From positions 1 to 46,154 of the forward strand of contig JAUVWP010000002.1 in assembly GCA_030604085.1 (NCBI GenBank): a stretch of 46,154 nucleotides of DNA. The letters are read 5' to 3'. Below, in pieces: positions 17,684-27,397 of this stretch (position 1 is the stretch's first letter; the number at the start of each line of letters is the position of its first letter). This DNA comes from Methanosarcinales archaeon (GTDB taxonomy: Archaea; Halobacteriota; Methanosarcinia; Methanosarcinales; Methanogasteraceae). Under the pieces are notes generated by a model. It saw only the letters and a list, made by a program, of their open reading frames with translations, was not told the origin of the DNA and made no database searches. Made by a program: the position numbers and the translations under genes.

Positions 17684-18433
17684 TTACAGCCCTGCAATCG
17701 CGCTCTCGGTCCAGATCGTGAGTCTGCCTGCGTGTGTGCCCGATGCGAGCATTTCGGCATTCAACCGGTCGCACATCACAACATCCACGCCAGAGAGGTT
17801 GCGCGCACCCTTCTCGATGCCGGTGTAATCAGACGTTACAATCAGGATGCTCTTTGGCTTCTTGTATTTCCTGCCACGAAGCTTCCCTCTGCCTGCCCTG
17901 ATATGCTTCCCGGTCTTGGCACGGATCACGTCTTGCCAGAGGTTGATCGCCTGCAAAACCTCGCAAACGTCTTTGGTCTTTGCCAGACTCCCAAACGCAT
18001 CCTCAAGAATGATCGGAAGACCGAGATCTTCCTCGAACCTGTGCCCTCTGCCAGCAACGAGGTCCGGATTGGTTGTGGCTGCAATCGCTGACCTGATCGC
18101 AAACCTTCGCTCCTTCCTGTTGATCTTCTCGCTCCAGTCCTTTTCGCTCTTTGGCGGGTGTGCTTTTCTGCCGCCCTTTGTCTGCGGAACCCGTGCAGCG
18201 CGGTTTGAGTTCACAAGTCTTGGAATCTGCGCTATACCTCTGCCTGATCCGAGCGAGCGCGCCGATGTTCTCATGCCCGCGTACGCTGTTACGCCATACG
18301 GCTGCCTGCGGTTTGCCTGCGCGGCAAGGACTGCCTTTTTGATGAGGTCTGGACGGTATGCCTCGGAAAATACATCCGGAAGATCAATTTCACGTAAAAC
18401 GTCTCCCGATAAACTTAAAACATTAGTTTTCAT
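17684..18433 (-). CDS. rpl4: 50S ribosomal protein L4 (uL4)
   Basis: 249 aa with typical archaeal uL4 sequence ([19 protein letters not shown]). Follows rpl3. Confidence 0.95.
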   Translation of the reverse strand: MKTNVLSLSGDVLREIDLPDVFSEAYRPDLIKKAVLAAQANRRQPYGVTAYAGMRTSARSLGSGRGIAQIPRLVNSNRAARVPQTKGGRKAHPPKSEKDWSEKINRKERRFAIRSAIAATTNPDLVAGRGHRFEEDLGLPIILEDAFGSLAKTKDVCEVLQAINLWQDVIRAKTGKHIRAGRGKLRGRKYKKPKSILIVTSDYTGIEKGARNLSGVDVVMCDRLNAEMLASGTHAGRLTIWTESAIAGL

Positions 18434-18438
18434 CTAAA

Positions 18439-19395
18439 TCACCCCTGATGCGATTCTTTACTGATATAAGTGATTGCAGGAGCGTCCAATGGCAGCTTGC
18501 CGCGTATGGGCGGTCTCATCCGGACCAATCGCTTCGACGGACCAGGAACGCTTCCACGAATCATCACGTACCCGTTTCTGACGATGCCGTAGTTTATGAA
18601 TCCGCCATCCGGAGTCACCTCAGTCCCGTCAGATCCGATCTTTAAGATCCGTTTGTTAAATTCGGTGCGCTGGTAGTACCCGGTCTGCCCCATCAGCGGC
18701 ACAGTTCTCCGCACATAATGCGGGGTCCATGGACCAAGATTTCCGATGTGTCGCTTCTTTCCGGTGCGGCTATGCTTACCCTTCTGCAGCTGCACACCCC
18801 ATCGCTTCACAGGTCCCTGCGTCCCTTTTCCGGTGGTTATCGCGGCAACATCCACAAACACACCTTCAGCAAAGAGGTCTGCCATCTGATATTCCTTCCC
18901 GAGAATCGATCTTCCATACTCGAGCTGTGCGGCAACGTCCCCGCCAGCGATCAGCGTCTCCATCACGTCAGGCGTCTTCTTTGGAATCCCTGAAACGAGA
19001 TGCGGCATGGTCTGGACGACCGCATGGATCTCGCGTACCGTGCCCTCCTCAAGAGCGCGTTCAATGTTATCGTTATCACGGTCTGCCCACACCTCTGTAA
19101 TCATTTTCATCCCATAGTACCCTCTGTCTGTGTAGGCACGCAGCGCAACAGCGCGCATGACAGGAGTCTCGATGATCGTTACAGGCACCGATATCTCAAT
19201 ACCTGATGTAATACTGTTCGGACGGTCGTCGATCATGAGCACATGGGTCATTCCTGCCTTGTACCCTGCAAAATCCTGTAGCTTCGGCTCTTTTCCATCG
19301 GTCCGCCACGATCGTATCCGTGCGATCGGTTTCTTTGCTTTTTTTCTCGGGCTGAATGCAAGTGACCCTCTTCTTGGTCTGTGTATCGTTGCCAT
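18439..19395 (-). CDS. rpl3: 50S ribosomal protein L3 (uL3)
   Basis: 318 aa starting [20 protein letters not shown]..., with [14 protein letters not shown], typical of uL3. Confidence 0.95.
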   Translation of the reverse strand: MATIHRPRRGSLAFSPRKKAKKPIARIRSWRTDGKEPKLQDFAGYKAGMTHVLMIDDRPNSITSGIEISVPVTIIETPVMRAVALRAYTDRGYYGMKMITEVWADRDNDNIERALEEGTVREIHAVVQTMPHLVSGIPKKTPDVMETLIAGGDVAAQLEYGRSILGKEYQMADLFAEGVFVDVAAITTGKGTQGPVKRWGVQLQKGKHSRTGKKRHIGNLGPWTPHYVRRTVPLMGQTGYYQRTEFNKRILKIGSDGTEVTPDGGFINYGIVRNGYVMIRGSVPGPSKRLVRMRPPIRGKLPLDAPAITYISKESHQG

Positions 19396-19577
19396 TTTTC
19401 AAATCCTCTTTCCAGAAGCATCGCTTTATACCGTATTAATGTTAACGTTCAAAAGGGGTTTGTCTGGATTACTCTGGTACAATGGTTGTGGAAAAATCGT
19501 AAATACCAATGGCATCACGCAACTTATCAGCCCCCTACATCGTCGATAGGATTATGTATGATGAACGTCTCGTAATC

Positions 19578-21125
19578 ATGGCGAAAAGTGCTTATACGCT
19601 TCAGACATCCAATATTCGTGGAGGTCTCAATATCACCGACTCTAAAAAAACATCAGACTCACATAAAAGCGCGACGAATGGCGATAAGAAATTGCAATCA
19701 CCGTATCTTGTCATAGGCAGCGGTAACATCGGGTCAGCGGTTGCCAGAGAACTTGTGAATCGGAACAAGACGGTTGTACTGATCGACAGGGATGCTGGGA
19801 AGGTTGAGACACTTAAGGAGCAGGAGTTTGAAGCTATCGTAGGCGATCTCAACGACCCTGGTCTGCTCGATCCGATCGATATCAAGAGCGTTGAAGTGGC
19901 GCTGATCTTGAGTTCTGACGTTTCCGCAAACGAAAACGCAATCATTACCATAAAGCAGGCATCAGAGAGCATTCAGGTGATTGCACGTGCACCAAACAGC
20001 ATCGCAAAGACCAAACTTATAGAGGCAGGGGCTGACAGCGTGATCATGCCGCCAAGGGTCGTTTCCGATGCTACGCTGCGGATACTCGACCGCGTGGAAT
20101 CTGCCAGACATGCCTCGAACGTCCTTAATATCCTGCGCTCGATCGGTAAAGGGAAACTTGCCATCGTGGTTCACGACAATCCGGATCCGGATGCCATGTC
20201 CAGTGCTTTTGCCCTAAAAACGATTGCTGCGAGCGTTGGTATCGAATCCGAGATGCTGTACCGGGGCGAGATCGGTCACCAGGAGAACAAGGCATTCATA
20301 AATCTGCTCCAAATCGATATGTGCAAACTCGATGAACCGAAAGCACATTCTCTTGAAGATTTCAAGAAGATTGCGCTTATCGATTGTTCGATGCCAGGGG
20401 AGAACAACCTGCTCCCGAAGGATTCTGATGTTACTATCATCATCGACCATCATCCTGCCGAGATGAAGGCGGTACATGCTGAGTATATAGATATACGCCC
20501 GAATGCCGGAGCTACAGCAACGATCATGACGAAATATCTCCAGGAACTCGATATTCCGATCAGCAAGGATCTTGCGACCGCGCTATTATACGGCATCCGC
20601 ACCGACACACTCGGATTCAAACGGAATGCCAATCCGATCGATCTGACTGCGGCTGCACTTCTCTATCCTCTCGCAGACCATGATATCCTAAACATGATCG
20701 AAACGCCAGCCATTTCCACAGAAACGCTGGACGTGTTCGGGGAGGCGATAATTAACCGGAAGATCAAGGGCAGTTACTTGATCACGAATGTCGGGATCCT
20801 ACGGGATCGGGATGCGCTTGCACAGGCCGCCGACTATCTGCTGAACCTTGAGGGGATCACAACCGTTCTTGTATACGGGATCGGCGAGGACCAGATATAC
20901 CTCTCTGCAAGAAGCAATGATATCCGGCTGAATCTTGGCAAGTCGATGCAGGACGCGTTCGGGGAGTCCGGTTCGGCAGGAGGGCACTCAACAATGGCTG
21001 GCGCCCAGATCCCGCTTGGAGTCTTCAGCGATGCAAGGGATAGGCAGGCACTGATGAAGATCTCAGAAGAAGTGGTGGTGAAACGGTTCTTTGCAGTGAT
21101 CGGCGTTGAGAATGGGGATGAATGA
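19578..21125 (+). CDS. TrkA-N (NAD-binding) domain fused to a DHH/DHHA1 phosphoesterase
   Basis: Rossmann GSGNIGSAVARELV, then DHH motifs (VVHDNPDPDAMSSAF, IIIDHHP) and DHHA1 (GGHSTMAG). The start is the ATG at 19578 or at 19509. Confidence 0.85.
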   Translation: MAKSAYTLQTSNIRGGLNITDSKKTSDSHKSATNGDKKLQSPYLVIGSGNIGSAVARELVNRNKTVVLIDRDAGKVETLKEQEFEAIVGDLNDPGLLDPIDIKSVEVALILSSDVSANENAIITIKQASESIQVIARAPNSIAKTKLIEAGADSVIMPPRVVSDATLRILDRVESARHASNVLNILRSIGKGKLAIVVHDNPDPDAMSSAFALKTIAASVGIESEMLYRGEIGHQENKAFINLLQIDMCKLDEPKAHSLEDFKKIALIDCSMPGENNLLPKDSDVTIIIDHHPAEMKAVHAEYIDIRPNAGATATIMTKYLQELDIPISKDLATALLYGIRTDTLGFKRNANPIDLTAAALLYPLADHDILNMIETPAISTETLDVFGEAIINRKIKGSYLITNVGILRDRDALAQAADYLLNLEGITTVLVYGIGEDQIYLSARSNDIRLNLGKSMQDAFGESGSAGGHSTMAGAQIPLGVFSDARDRQALMKISEEVVVKRFFAVIGVENGDE

Positions 21126-21338
21126 ATCTGGAGCTCGGCTTTTTGAACATGCTCAGGGCTTGTTGGGGAATAACCTACCTGAATTCGTGCTATTACCCAA
21201 ACGCGTGAGTTCATGACTGTGAGTGCAAGCGAAGCGAAGCCGTTGGCATAAAATCGGCACCAAGGGATGGCTGCGCCTTTGCTTGCGCATCCACGAATAA
21301 ACGAACATATAGGAAAATATAAAAACTATAGAATAATC

Positions 21339-21350
21339 AAAAAATAAAAA
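21339..21350 (-). terminator. oligo-T tracts just downstream of the MC1 gene
   Basis: The minus strand reads T5-A-T6, 10-21 nt after the MC1 stop (21360-21362). Archaeal intrinsic terminators are oligo-T runs. Confidence 0.5.
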
Positions 21351-21359
21351 CAGAATCGC

Positions 21360-21650
21360 TCAGACGTCCTCGAGCGATTCGATACCGATCTTCCTGACGT
21401 TTGGCTTCCATATCTTATCTGGCATCCAGTCAGGCTTGTTCTTTGGAGCGTTAACCTGTTCCCTCCACCCCTCAAAGATGTGTACCTTTTTTGTGCCGCG
21501 TTCACGTAGCATTATCCGTGTAGGATTGGCTTTGGTACTGCCAACCCGATTCGCAACCTTGAGCGCTGCCTGTCGAGGCTGCTTTCCCGAAAAGACACCA
21601 TATTCGCTGCCACCATTGTCCCGCAGTACAAAGTTCCTTGTTTTCTCCAT
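21360..21650 (-). CDS. chromosomal protein MC1
   Basis: TRNFVLRD...GVFSGKQPRQAALKVANR...LRERGTKKVHIFEGW...APKNKPDWMP closely matches the Methanosarcinales MC1 sequence as I recall it. GAGGTG Shine-Dalgarno upstream. Confidence 0.9.
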   Translation of the reverse strand: MEKTRNFVLRDNGGSEYGVFSGKQPRQAALKVANRVGSTKANPTRIMLRERGTKKVHIFEGWREQVNAPKNKPDWMPDKIWKPNVRKIGIESLEDV

Positions 21651-21754
21651 AACTTACACCTCGCGCTATGTTTAAGTCATGCGCAGGTGATACTGAACGT
21701 TCATAGAATATTAAGGTATCGCCTGTATGCGATGATCCGCGGAGATGAGATGCA

Positions 21755-22213
21755 ATGGTAAGTATCATGGAAATCTACCAGTTACTCCCGAAACTGAACT
21801 GTAAGGAGTGCGAAAAGCCCACGTGCATGGCGTTCGCAAGTTCGCTTCTGTCAGGCGAATCCGAGATCGCTGATTGCCCGCCGCTCTACGAGAGCGGGTA
21901 CGAGAGCCAATTGCAGGAGCTGCAATCGCTGCTTGCGCCAGTGAGCGGCGCTACCGAGACCGGTCTGGTCATCCATGAGGAGCTATGCTTCGGGTGCGGG
22001 AACTGTGTCGTTGCCTGCCCCGTAAACGTTGCCAATGATCCGCACGGCGCGGCTCTCGGGCTTGCACCATCCAACGATAAGGTGATCCTCGAAGTGGCAG
22101 GTGGTGTCGTCACTTCGAAGAATGTCGGTGAATGCAGGCGGTTCGGGCAGAACAAGATCCTGTGCGATGTCTGTATCGTAACCTGCCCGTCAAAAGCGAT
22201 CGAGTTTGTGTAA
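21755..22213 (+). CDS. Fe-S protein: N-terminal putative Fe-S cluster domain plus a 2x[4Fe-4S] ferredoxin domain
   Basis: The N-terminus LLPKLNCKECEKPTCMAFASSLL...CPP resembles the PF04060-type Fe-S domain. It is followed by CFGCGNCVVACP and CDVCIVTCP ferredoxin motifs. Confidence 0.8.
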   Translation: MVSIMEIYQLLPKLNCKECEKPTCMAFASSLLSGESEIADCPPLYESGYESQLQELQSLLAPVSGATETGLVIHEELCFGCGNCVVACPVNVANDPHGAALGLAPSNDKVILEVAGGVVTSKNVGECRRFGQNKILCDVCIVTCPSKAIEFV

Positions 22214-22231
22214 CCCAAACTGTTCACCAAA

Positions 22232-22392
22232 CTTTTCACAAAAGTTTGATCAAAAACTGCCCTTCGGGTTGGAGACCGGTTTTTTTCACTTACAAACTTT
22301 CCACAAAGGTTTGATGGTTCCGCTGGTGCTCCGCATTCAAAAACTGGTTTCCGACCCGAAGGGCAGTTTTTACTCGATTTTTTGTGAAAAAA
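22232..22392. repeat. MITE-like element / long imperfect inverted repeat in a convergent intergenic region
   Basis: The arms 22232-22285 and 22339-22392 are reverse complements. The core 18/18 match is AAAAACTGCCCTTCGGGT (22252-22269) against ACCCGAAGGGCAGTTTTT (22354-22371). TTTTCACAAAA modules flank it, and a third copy of the TTTCCACAAAGGTTTGAT module lies in the spacer. Confidence 0.5.
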
Positions 22393-22420
22393 TCGTGTGA
22401 AAGAATCGGAAAAAATAGGC

Positions 22421-24334
22421 TCACGCCACTCGCACGGTCTCGAGATTTCTCGGCACCTGAGTTTTGATGTGATGTTTGTTATAAATCGAACTTGCAAGAC
22501 TCAGGCAGTTTCTCTCATCACCATGCTCGGTCATCACAAGTTCCGGTTTCGGACGCATGTTCTTGATGTATTTTACCAGTTGGTTCCGGTCCGAATGCCC
22601 TGAAAACCCATCGATCGTGCAGACCTCGAGTTTGATCTTGAGCAACTCGGACACGCCCCTCCTTGTTATCGGTATCTCGGTCCGCCCCTTCTGGATGCGC
22701 TGTCCCACAGTCCCCTCTGCCTGATAACCGACAAATATCAGAGTGCTCTTCTCATCTGGTGCAAATGCCTTGAGATATTCCATGATCGGACCGCCGTTCA
22801 TCATTCCCGAGGTCGAGATGATAATCGCGGGATCGATATTGCTCAAAAGATCTTCGCGCATCTTCTGCGAATCCACCTTGACGAAACAATCCGCAAGGAA
22901 TGGATTCATCCCTTTGTGGAAGATCTGATTCCGCAGATCGCTGTTCAGATACTCAGGGTGCGTGGTGTGGATCGCTGTTGCCTCCCAGATCATGCCGTCC
23001 AAATATATCGGAACCTGCTCGATCCTCTTCTTCCGCATCGCCTCTTCGAGAACCAGCATCACATCCTGACTTCGCCCGACCGCAAAAGCAGGGATCAACA
23101 CCTTGCCCCCGCGCTCGACAGTCCTCTTCACGATCTCTGATATGTTCTTCTCTGCAACATTCCGCGGAGGCTGGAAATCGTTCGGACCGCCATAAGTCGC
23201 CTCCATGATCACGGTCTCCGCTCTCGGGAAATTATTGATAGCGCTGTCGAACAATCTCGTCTTTTCGTACTTGAAGTCGCCAGTGAATACCACGTTGTGC
23301 AAACCATCACCGACGTGGAAGTGAGCGACCGCTGATCCGAGGATGTGTCCTGCGTTGTGGAGTGTCAGTTTCATGTCAGGCGCGATATCGGTAACGCTCC
23401 CGTAATCGAGAACGATTGTGTGTTTGAGTGCTTCCCTGACCATATCCGAGCTATACGGGATCCGCCTTCCTTCCTTGTTCGCGACATCGATGTAATCGAT
23501 CTGCAGAAGCGCCATCAGATCGCGGGTGGGGGGTGTGGCATACACAGGACCACGGTACCCGTACTTGAATAAGAGCGGAACAAGCCCGCAGTGGTCGAGA
23601 TGCGCATGTGTCACAACTACGCCATCGAGATGAGTGATAGGGGAGACTTCAGGGATGTACAGGTATGGTGTGCCGCCGTTGTCATCAGCGCCCACATTAA
23701 TTCCGCAATCAATCAATACTCTCGTTTCCGGAGTCGATAGCAAGAAGCAACTCCGTCCAACCTCCCTACAACCTCCGAGTGCTGTTACGCGTATCCAGTT
23801 ATCAGGAGACGTGATGCTGCGATGGATCTTCTCCCCGAGTTCCCGCAGGATCTGTTTGCGCTCGTCAAGACTCTCGCGCAGCATATGTCTGACGTTTTTT
23901 ATCGTCGACGACTCGATCGGCGGGGTGCGCACGACCTTTGGCGTCCAGCCGATGTGTCTCGTAATCTCACGAAGCATTGATCCGTGCTGTCCTATAACGA
24001 GCCCTGGCTTCTCTGCCTCGATCATAACCTCTCCGGTATCGCTATCAAAGCAGTAGTCTGTGATGCCTGCATCTGCAGGCACTATCTTCTCGATTGCAGC
24101 GGTCGCATCATCAGGATCGTACAGCACGCTTTTGTCAGGACGTATCACGATCCGCTTTCGCACATCCTTCGCAATCGACCGCACGATCTCGCCGTTGTCT
24201 GCCAGTTTCCGCGGCTCCTTCGTGTATATCACCAGTTCGGGACCCTCAAACTCCACGTCCGAGATCGTCACTCCAACCGGAAGATTCTTCCGTATCCGCT
24301 GCCTTAATTCAGACAGTGTCTCTTCTATACCCAT
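22421..24334 (-). CDS. fttA: beta-CASP ribonuclease aCPSF1 (two KH domains + metallo-beta-lactamase; transcription termination factor FttA)
   Basis: 637 aa with N-terminal KH domains, the HAHLDHCG motif and beta-CASP motifs. Its ATG overlaps the psmB stop by 1 nt. Confidence 0.95.
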   Translation of the reverse strand: MGIEETLSELRQRIRKNLPVGVTISDVEFEGPELVIYTKEPRKLADNGEIVRSIAKDVRKRIVIRPDKSVLYDPDDATAAIEKIVPADAGITDYCFDSDTGEVMIEAEKPGLVIGQHGSMLREITRHIGWTPKVVRTPPIESSTIKNVRHMLRESLDERKQILRELGEKIHRSITSPDNWIRVTALGGCREVGRSCFLLSTPETRVLIDCGINVGADDNGGTPYLYIPEVSPITHLDGVVVTHAHLDHCGLVPLLFKYGYRGPVYATPPTRDLMALLQIDYIDVANKEGRRIPYSSDMVREALKHTIVLDYGSVTDIAPDMKLTLHNAGHILGSAVAHFHVGDGLHNVVFTGDFKYEKTRLFDSAINNFPRAETVIMEATYGGPNDFQPPRNVAEKNISEIVKRTVERGGKVLIPAFAVGRSQDVMLVLEEAMRKKRIEQVPIYLDGMIWEATAIHTTHPEYLNSDLRNQIFHKGMNPFLADCFVKVDSQKMREDLLSNIDPAIIISTSGMMNGGPIMEYLKAFAPDEKSTLIFVGYQAEGTVGQRIQKGRTEIPITRRGVSELLKIKLEVCTIDGFSGHSDRNQLVKYIKNMRPKPELVMTEHGDERNCLSLASSIYNKHHIKTQVPRNLETVRVA

Positions 24335-24966
24335 TAATTCCCCAGTTCGCCGATTTTCTTCTTAATATCGTCCCCGTGCATCTGAGTATACTGGTCTTTT
24401 GTGATAATTATCACATCGATCCCATCCCCTGATGCCGAGTCCCGCTTCATAACGTTGTGTAGTGCACGCACCGCGAGATCGGCGCCCTCGTCGGTGGTGA
24501 TGTCTTCCCTGTATCGGTCCTCAAGTATTCCGTAAGCAATCGGCGATCCTGATCCGGTGGATACCGCTTTTCGCTCCTCAAGCCTCCCCCCGAGCGCGTC
24601 CAGTGAGTAGATGCATGGACCGGTCTTGTCCACGCCTCCGAGCAGGAGCTGAACATAAAACGGCATCATCCGCTGTGCACCGAGCACGGTTGAGAGCAGG
24701 TTTGCCATTGCCTTGACCGTCATCGGCTCGTGCGTCCGCATCCTGTGCAGACTCGATTCCACCGAGATGACGCGTACAAGCCGCTGGGCATCACCGACAG
24801 CGCCTGCTGTGGTCATGCCGACGGTATCATCGATCTTATATATCTTCTGTGCATCCTTGCTCGCGATGAGATATCCCATCGTTGCTCTCTGCTCACTTGC
24901 GAGAACAACGCCGTCCTTGCAAACTAATCCAATCGTGGTCGTACCTTTTAGTATATTATCGTCCAT
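24334..24966 (-). CDS. psmB: proteasome subunit beta
   Basis: The propeptide is followed by [22 protein letters not shown]. The ATG at 24964-24966 is preceded by GAGGTG with a 6-nt spacer, so it is preferred over the GTG at 24975. Confidence 0.95.
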   Translation of the reverse strand: MDDNILKGTTTIGLVCKDGVVLASEQRATMGYLIASKDAQKIYKIDDTVGMTTAGAVGDAQRLVRVISVESSLHRMRTHEPMTVKAMANLLSTVLGAQRMMPFYVQLLLGGVDKTGPCIYSLDALGGRLEERKAVSTGSGSPIAYGILEDRYREDITTDEGADLAVRALHNVMKRDSASGDGIDVIIITKDQYTQMHGDDIKKKIGELGN

Positions 24967-25215
24967 TAGAAGCACCTCATAACCGAAAAAACGAGTTTCT
25001 CAATGAATTGCTCAATTTATAGTGTGATACGTCCGGTATATAAGGCTTTCCATAAAACGGGCTGCAAACTTGCCCGGGTGTCGCATCGAATATCCGGTTA
25101 TTTTAGTGTGATTATTTACCGCGGAATATGTTAGTATCGCCGCAGCGACACTATCTGAAAATACCAGTGAAAACACTTCAGATTTTCAGACAGTGCCTTT
25201 GGGGCGTTTGGGTTA

Positions 25216-25300
25216 CGCCGGGGTTGGGATTCGAACCCAAGTGTTCCAAGGGAACAACAGGTCTCGAGCCTGCCGCGTTAGTCCGCTCTGCCACCCCGGC
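25216..25300 (-). tRNA. tRNA-Ser (anticodon CGA)
   Basis: The reverse complement GCCGGGGTGGCAGAGCGGACTAACGCGGCAGGCTCGAGACCTGTTGTTCCCTTGGAACACTTGGGTTCGAATCCCAACCCCGGCG folds as a cloverleaf. It has a long variable arm, anticodon loop CU-CGA-GA and T-loop TTCGAAT. No encoded CCA. Confidence 0.9.
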
Positions 25301-25429
25301 AGTATGCAACGTCTTGGTGCAGGGTATTGTATTACGGTGACGACTATATTTAATGTATATGGTTCAGGTGGATGAGATGTGGTCATTTGGGTACAAAAAT
25401 CTCGAAAACCACGGATTCGCCCCCCATTC

Positions 25430-26848
25430 TCACTCCACCACCCTCACCGTGATCAGGTTGGTGGTTCCGGAAACGAAGATCGGCACTCCTGTCGTGAGCA
25501 CCACCCGGTCCCCTGCCTTCACGAAGCCGGCGTCCATCGCGGATCGCACCGATGCATCCATCGCCTCATCAGTCGTCCCCACCGCATGGATTTTAAGCGG
25601 GGTAACGCCCCATATAAGTGCAAGTCTGCGGAACGTCGCTTCGTCCGGTGTTATCGCGATGATTGGAGTTTTTGGGCGGTACATCGAGACGACGGTTGCC
25701 GTGCTTCCCGAGTACGTGGTGGTGATGATCGCTGCGGCATTCAGATCGCATGCAAGCTGGCAGACAGCGCGCCCGATGCTGCGCTCGATCGAGAGTCCGG
25801 TCGCATCGGCGTCTGCTTCCATGCGCACCCGCAAGCTAGCAGACTCGGTCGTTCTTGCGATCCGGTCCATCATAACAAGGCTCTCGATCGGATAGTCCCC
25901 GATCGTGGTCTCCCCTGAGAGCATGATCGCATCAGTCCCGTCCAGTATGGCGTTTGCGACGTCTGTCGCCTCGGCGCGGGTCGGGATCGCATCATGGACC
26001 ATCGATTCGAGCATATGGGTGGCTGTGATCACGGGTTTGCCTGATGCATTCGACTCCTTGATAAGCCTCTTCTGCGTAATCGGGACCTCTTCGATCGGAA
26101 TCTCGACTCCGAGATCTCCTCTAGCCACCATGATCCCATCCGCCACCTTTAGTATCTCTGAAAAATTGTCAAGCCCCTTTTTCGTCTCGATTTTGGCAAT
26201 GACCGGGATATCTGCCCCCTGCTCATGGATCATCTGCTTGACACCGGAGATATCAGACGCGCTTCTCACGAATGAAACCGCGATGTAATCGACATCGTGC
26301 TTTATTCCGAATGAGAGATCCTTTTTGTCCTTTTCAGTGACGCTCGGTACTGAAAAATGTGCATCCGGGACGCTTACACCCCTCTTATCGGTGAGAACTC
26401 CTCCGACAACGACCTTCGCCTCGACACACGCACCATCGGTTTCCACGACCACCATCCTGATCCTGCCGTCATCGATCAGGATCGTCTGACCCTCGGATAC
26501 CTCTTTAGCAAAGAGCGAATACCTTACTCCGATATGACACTCATCCCCGATTATATCGCTGGAATGGATGGTCAGATCATCTCCAGCGCGTAGAATGACG
26601 CTTCCACCCTGCACCCGGGAGGTCCTGATCTTCGGACCCTGGATATCCGTCATGATGGCGACAGCACGGTTCTGCTCCTGCGAAAGTGCCCGTACTATGC
26701 GTATCTGTCTCGCGTGCCATTCATGCGTGCCATGGGACATGTTGAGCCGGCAGACATCCATACCGCGTCCGATCAGCTGGCGCAGGGATTCCTCGGATTC
26801 AGTGGCGGGTCCGGTGGTGCAGACGATCTTTGTTCTTCTCAGGATCAT
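25430..26848 (-). CDS. pyk: pyruvate kinase
   Basis: RRTKIVCTTGPA, MDVCRLNMSHG, MVARGDLGVEIP and the C-terminal domain are present. The ATG at 26846-26848 is preferred. Confidence 0.9.
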   Translation of the reverse strand: MILRRTKIVCTTGPATESEESLRQLIGRGMDVCRLNMSHGTHEWHARQIRIVRALSQEQNRAVAIMTDIQGPKIRTSRVQGGSVILRAGDDLTIHSSDIIGDECHIGVRYSLFAKEVSEGQTILIDDGRIRMVVVETDGACVEAKVVVGGVLTDKRGVSVPDAHFSVPSVTEKDKKDLSFGIKHDVDYIAVSFVRSASDISGVKQMIHEQGADIPVIAKIETKKGLDNFSEILKVADGIMVARGDLGVEIPIEEVPITQKRLIKESNASGKPVITATHMLESMVHDAIPTRAEATDVANAILDGTDAIMLSGETTIGDYPIESLVMMDRIARTTESASLRVRMEADADATGLSIERSIGRAVCQLACDLNAAAIITTTYSGSTATVVSMYRPKTPIIAITPDEATFRRLALIWGVTPLKIHAVGTTDEAMDASVRSAMDAGFVKAGDRVVLTTGVPIFVSGTTNLITVRVVE

Positions 26849-27067
26849 GGTTCTGTGCAAGTGTAATAGTCCGGGTTCCAGTCGGTCAGGAATTGCATAT
26901 CACCCCCAACCCAAGTCCGGTTTACTCTTCTGGGGGGCGGCATATAAGGGTTTTGAGACCGCGGGTTTTGCATAATCCGGGCAATGTCTAAAAATCCGAG
27001 TGTTTTTGTAATGGTCAGTTGGATGCACAACAACGCGACTGACCTAAATAACATCGGTAGGAAATAC

Positions 27068-27138
27068 AACCACAGAGGGCACAGAGGGACACGGAGGATC
27101 GATTTAAAAACTCTGTGCTCTTCGTGTCCTCTGTGGTT
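27068..27138. repeat. palindromic element built from inverted triplets of 9-bp units
   Basis: Left arm CACAGAGGG CACAGAGGG ACACGGAGG (27071-27097). Right arm CTCTGTGCT CTTCGTGTC CTCTGTGGT (27111-27137). The outer 11 bp, AACCACAGAGG / CCTCTGTGGTT, pair perfectly. Confidence 0.6.
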
Positions 27139-27216
27139 AAATCCGGTGGCTTTTACCGCTTGTGTGGGATCGATTTGACCACAACAAAATTCGAGTGTTT
27201 TCCGCCGATTTACTCG

Positions 27217-27261
27217 ATTCGTGACATTCGTTAAATTCGTTAAATTCGTGCCATTCGTGAC
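27217..27261. repeat. five tandem 9-bp units (ATTCGTKMM)
   Basis: ATTCGTGAC ATTCGTTAA ATTCGTTAA ATTCGTGCC ATTCGTGAC, in non-coding DNA upstream of rps13. Confidence 0.7.
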
Positions 27262-27397
27262 TGTGAGCATAGCGAGCAGCGCCGTAGGCATAAAACCCAA
27301 CCATATCTGAGCCTCGGGGTCATTCAATACCCCGGGCAACTTGACGCCCCGCGGCACCAAATACTTTATTTACACATAGCCGCCCAAAGGAACCATA

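Noticed and set aside
21886-22497. 203-aa minus-strand ORF spanning the Fe-S protein gene, the inverted-repeat element and the 3' end of aCPSF1.
   Set aside because: It runs antisense through a real gene and straight across the MITE-like repeat. It stays open only because of repeat symmetry, and it has no ribosome-binding site or motif.
27068-27261. Possible CRISPR array, because of regularly spaced repeats.
   Set aside because: The units are only 9 bp long and directly tandem, with no spacers. No 24-40 bp repeats, leader or cas genes occur anywhere in the window.
26845-27360. 171-aa minus-strand ORF in the pyk-rps13 spacer.
   Set aside because: It is kept open by the 9-bp phased repeats (for example TNGTNLTNLTNVTN and HRGHEEHRV). 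It overlaps the pyk start and has no coding signature, so I treat the region as non-coding repeat DNA.
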